Of a stretch of 55,114 bases of DNA, positions 52,193 to 55,114 are shown piece after piece. Within the stretch, counting starts at the first letter, position 1. Every line of letters starts with the position of its first letter. A program made the position numbers and the translations under genes. The stretch covers positions 18,285 through 73,398 of the forward strand of contig CAZFSO010000004.1 in the NCBI GenBank assembly GCA_964522095.1, in the 5' to 3' direction. The notes under the pieces were generated by a model. The model saw only the letters and a program-made list of their open reading frames with translations, was not told the origin of the DNA and ran no database searches. Origin of the DNA: an uncultured Phycisphaeraceae bacterium. Lineage in GTDB: Bacteria > Planctomycetota > Phycisphaerae > Phycisphaerales > UBA1924.

Positions 52193-53529
52193 GTCAGCGG
52201 GGTCCGGCCGGGGACGGCGACCGCCGGGATCGGGCGTTCGGCGAAGGCCCACGGCGTGGGGTTGAGGTCCTCGGTGCTGTTCATAGCCTGCTCCCAGGTG
52301 ACGGTCTGGCCGGTGTACGCGGCCATGCGTCCCATGATGGCCAGCAGCGTGGAGTGGGCCATGAACACGCCGTCGTTGTGCGCGCCGCCCTCGCGGATCG
52401 ACTTGAACAGCACGTCGTGCTCGCGCTGGTACATGTCGTTGGACGGGGCCTCGCCGCGCCAGGGCTTGGCGCCCTCGATGGTGTGGCGCTGCTGCCAGGG
52501 CTGCATGGTGCACACGCCCTCGGAGCCCATGAGCAGGGCGGAGTTGTCCGACGGTGTGTTCTCCCAATGTCGGCACGTGTGGTAGGCCCGCACGCCGCCG
52601 GGGTACTCGTAGGTGACGGCGAAGTGGTCGTACACGTTGCCGGTCTCGGGCGTGGCGGGGCGGGTCTGGCGGCCTCCGACGGCCCAGCACCGCTCGGGCG
52701 GTGCGTCCTGCATGGCCCAGGCCTGCCAGTCCAGGGCGTGCACCGCCTGCTCGACGACGTGGTCGCCCGAGATCGTGTGGAAGTAGTGCCAGTTGCGGGT
52801 CATGAACTCGGCGTCGGACCAGCCCGTCTGGCGGGGCTTGGGCTTGACCCAGCCGGTGGTGTTGTAGGTGGTCTGGATGGCGCGGATCTGCCCCACGCCG
52901 CCCTCGTGGATGCGGGCCATCGTCTCGCGCACCTGGTTCTGGTAGCGCCAGCAGAAGCCGGACATCAGCGAGAGGTTCTTCTCACGCGCGATCCGGGCGG
53001 ATTCGAGCACGGACCGCACGCCCGGCGCGTCGACGGCCACGGGTTTCTCGCAGAACACGTGCTTGCCCGCGTCGACCGCCGCGCGCAGGTGCTCGGGCCG
53101 GAACGCGGGCGGCGTTGCGAGCAGCACGACGTCCACGCCTGAGTCGATCACGCGCCGGGCGCTGTTGAACCCGTCGAACATCCGCTCCGGCTCGACGCGG
53201 ACCTGGTGCTTGACCGCCGCGTCCGGCTCGGCGGCGAACTCTCGCAGGCTGTCGGTCGCCCGGTTCAGGCAGGGGACCAGGCTCTCGGTGTAGAGGTCGC
53301 CCATCGCCCAGAGCACGGCGTTGGGGTCGGCGGCGAGCGCCTGCGCGACGGCCCCGGTGCCGCGCCCGCCGCAGCCGACGATGCCGACCTTCAGGATCGC
53401 CTTCTCGTCACGCTTCGGCTGGGCCGCACGGGCGCTGGCGCGCCCGGACACGCCGGCCAGGGCGGCCGCGCCGAGCAGCAGGCCGGCGGTGTTGAACTGT
53501 CGCCTCGTCCAGCCACGCTCACTGGCCAT
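52189..53529 (-). CDS. TAT-exported Gfo/Idh/MocA-family NAD(P)-dependent oxidoreductase (copy 2, paralog of 49930..51216)
   Basis: Twin-arginine signal MASERGWTRRQFNTAGLLLG. VGIVGCGGRGTG, EKPVAVD. It shares long blocks with copy 1 (GNVYDHFAV.YEY, MGRM.AYTG..VTWEQA). Confidence 0.88.
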   Translation of the reverse strand: MASERGWTRRQFNTAGLLLGAAALAGVSGRASARAAQPKRDEKAILKVGIVGCGGRGTGAVAQALAADPNAVLWAMGDLYTESLVPCLNRATDSLREFAAEPDAAVKHQVRVEPERMFDGFNSARRVIDSGVDVVLLATPPAFRPEHLRAAVDAGKHVFCEKPVAVDAPGVRSVLESARIAREKNLSLMSGFCWRYQNQVRETMARIHEGGVGQIRAIQTTYNTTGWVKPKPRQTGWSDAEFMTRNWHYFHTISGDHVVEQAVHALDWQAWAMQDAPPERCWAVGGRQTRPATPETGNVYDHFAVTYEYPGGVRAYHTCRHWENTPSDNSALLMGSEGVCTMQPWQQRHTIEGAKPWRGEAPSNDMYQREHDVLFKSIREGGAHNDGVFMAHSTLLAIMGRMAAYTGQTVTWEQAMNSTEDLNPTPWAFAERPIPAVAVPGRTPLT

Positions 53530-54301
53530 CGCCGGGCTCCTTGCCGGGGTCCTGCTCGGTCACGACGCGGAAGCCGACCCAAGAGCAGTCGGCCAGCCAC
53601 CAGCGGCTCTTGGGGATCTGCGGGTCGCTGGCGTTCCACGAGCGGTCCTCGTCGAGGGCCGCGGTCGGCAGGCACGCGTCCGGGCCATCGCGGTAACTGC
53701 CGCCCATGGCGCGACCGCGCCGCGACGTGCCGGCCACCCACTCGGCGACGTTGCCGAGCATGTCGAACAGCCCGAACGCGTTGGGAGCCGTCCTCGCGAC
53801 CGGACGCGTCGCGTGCTCGGCGTTCTCGGCGGTCCACGCGGTCGGCGCCGTGGCGCTTTCCGGGAACGGCGCGCCGGCCAGGTGCGTCCACTCGGCCTCG
53901 GTCGGCAGTCGGAATGCCACGCCGGTCGATTCGGTCAGCCAGGCGCAGAACTGCTCGGCCGCGTGGCGGGTCATGCCGATCGCGGGGTATCCCTGGTGCC
54001 CGAAGCCGCGGTCCGGCGGGACGTACGGCTTGCTCGGCCGGGCCACGGCGTCGGCGTCGCTCTCCTCGGGGCGATCCAGGGCGTAGACGAACACGTCGTA
54101 CAACTCCCAGGGCACCTCGGTCCGCAGCACCCACAAGGCCCCGACCGAGCCGTCGTCCGACGCGGGGCACAGGACGAACTCGGCCTGCACGGTGGTCCCT
54201 GGGACTCGGACGCTCCGGGTCTGGAGACCCTCCGTCGAGCCGGCCAGCGCCGGACCGGCGAGCGTTGCGAAGGATGTTGCGATGAGTTGGGCCAGGCGCA
54301 T
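53519..54301 (-). CDS. Secreted SUMF1/formylglycine-generating-enzyme family domain protein
   Basis: Signal peptide MRLAQLIATSFATLAGPALAG. FRLPTEAEW, NAFGLFDMLGNVAEW, GGSYR, GFRVV motifs. C-terminal 260 aa of track ORF 53519..54526. Confidence 0.8.
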   Translation of the reverse strand: MRLAQLIATSFATLAGPALAGSTEGLQTRSVRVPGTTVQAEFVLCPASDDGSVGALWVLRTEVPWELYDVFVYALDRPEESDADAVARPSKPYVPPDRGFGHQGYPAIGMTRHAAEQFCAWLTESTGVAFRLPTEAEWTHLAGAPFPESATAPTAWTAENAEHATRPVARTAPNAFGLFDMLGNVAEWVAGTSRRGRAMGGSYRDGPDACLPTAALDEDRSWNASDPQIPKSRWWLADCSWVGFRVVTEQDPGKEPGDGQ

Positions 54302-55114
54302 GCTGCTGGGCGTCCTTGCTGCGGGGCTTTCGGTCTCGGCGCTCTCGTGTGCGCCGGTGCAGGGCGGGGCGGGACGGGCCGGCGAGGCGGCGAGCCCGGT
54401 CGGCCAGCGTAGCACCGATCGCTGGGAGTTCGCAAGGGTCCTGATGGGCACGCGGTGCCGCATCGTCGTGTACGCGCCGTCGGAGGACGCGGCCGCGACG
54501 GCCTGCGCCGACGCGTTCGACCGCATCGCCGAGATCGAGGCCGTGCTGAGTGACTACCGCCCGGATTCTGAGGCGTCGCGCCTGGTGCGCCAAGAACCGG
54601 GGGTCTGGCACGCGGTGTCACCGGATCTGGCGTGCGTGCTGCGCCTCAGCGGGCGTGTGCACGCGGCGTCCGGCGGGGCGTTCGACCCTGCGATCGGCCC
54701 GCTGACCACACTCTGGCGACAGTCACGCCGGGATGGCCGCCTGCCGGACCCAGCCACGCTGGCCGATGCCCGGGCACGCTCGGGCTGGGCCTTGATCGAG
54801 GTCGATCCGGATCACGACCGCGTCCGCCTCGCCCGGGCCGGGATGGGCCTGGATTTCGGCGGCATCGGCAAGGGGTACGCGGCGGACGAGGCCCTGGCGG
54901 TCCTGCGCCGTGCTGGCCTGCCGCGCGCATTGGTCGATTTCGGTGGCGACCTCGTCGCGGGCGACCCGCCGCCGGGCAGCACGGGCTGGCTGGTCGAGAT
55001 CCCCGGTGCGGCGGGCCAAACCCGCGAGATCCGCCTGGCGAACGAGGCAGTCGCGTCGTCCGGTGACGCCGAACAGTTCATCGAGATCGACGGCGTGCGC
55101 TACAGCCACATCGT
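54282..55114 (+). CDS. apbE: Partial CDS (runs off the right edge): FAD:protein FMN transferase (ApbE family) lipoprotein
   Basis: Not in the ORF track because no stop lies in the window. Reads MSWARRMLLGVLAAGLSVSALSC (lipobox), then VLMGTRCRIVVYA, GGAFDPAIGPL, LDFGGIGKGYAADEA, ASSGDAEQF.EIDGVRYSHI. AAGGA lies 7 nt upstream of ATG 54282; an alternative ATG is at 54300. Confidence 0.85.
   Translation, partial: MSWARRMLLGVLAAGLSVSALSCAPVQGGAGRAGEAASPVGQRSTDRWEFARVLMGTRCRIVVYAPSEDAAATACADAFDRIAEIEAVLSDYRPDSEASRLVRQEPGVWHAVSPDLACVLRLSGRVHAASGGAFDPAIGPLTTLWRQSRRDGRLPDPATLADARARSGWALIEVDPDHDRVRLARAGMGLDFGGIGKGYAADEALAVLRRAGLPRALVDFGGDLVAGDPPPGSTGWLVEIPGAAGQTREIRLANEAVASSGDAEQFIEIDGVRYSHI

Noticed and set aside
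1-55114. Search for mobile elements, prophage or defence islands (integrase, transposase, terminal inverted repeats, restriction-modification, toxin-antitoxin, reverse transcriptase, CRISPR-Cas).
   Set aside because: No ORF shows the corresponding motifs, and there is no tRNA-flanked or compositionally deviant block. The only nuclease-like candidate (21777-22475) stands alone. The window reads as core chromosome with lineage-specific metabolic and regulatory modules.

Overview
Very GC-rich chromosomal segment (by eye roughly two-thirds to 70% G+C; not computed). It most resembles a Planctomycetota, Phycisphaerae-like genome. This is an inference from gene content: a GC-type dockerin-like C-terminus, a PEP-CTERM protein, an ECF sigma / Ser-Thr kinase pair, and TAT-exported Gfo-Idh-MocA, TIM-barrel and DUF1080 genes. 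I can support about 46 protein-coding genes, many joined by overlapping stop/start codons (GTGA or ATGA). Housekeeping genes include sdaA, nadK, dxs, ispA, ptsN, rsmB, lpxB, panB, murD, priA, carA, recX and maf. I saw no rRNA, tRNA, CRISPR array, transposase, integrase or phage genes. Many long ORFs in the track are antisense or over-extended artefacts of high GC, so I trimmed genes to starts supported by homology-like N-termini, RBS motifs or stop/start coupling. Most noteworthy: (1) a tightly coupled four-gene amidoligase cassette (papain-like peptidase, RLAN/RimK ATP-grasp, GCS2 ligase, FGase amidohydrolase; 1677-5890) with no known product, preceded by a strand-specific structured leader that ends in a canonical intrinsic terminator; (2) a D-amino-acid-oxidase-family gene whose domain order is circularly permuted; (3) a duplicated, fully TAT-exported oxidoreductase/TIM-barrel/DUF1080 cluster, a candidate periplasmic keto-sugar glycoside-cleavage system, with an odd intergenic tandem repeat; (4) a B12-binding-domain/MeaB-GTPase fusion with no mutase catalytic domain; (5) an ECF sigma / Ser-Thr kinase pair and a histidine kinase with a REC-XRE response regulator. 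All functional calls rest on motif recognition by eye; no database search was possible.
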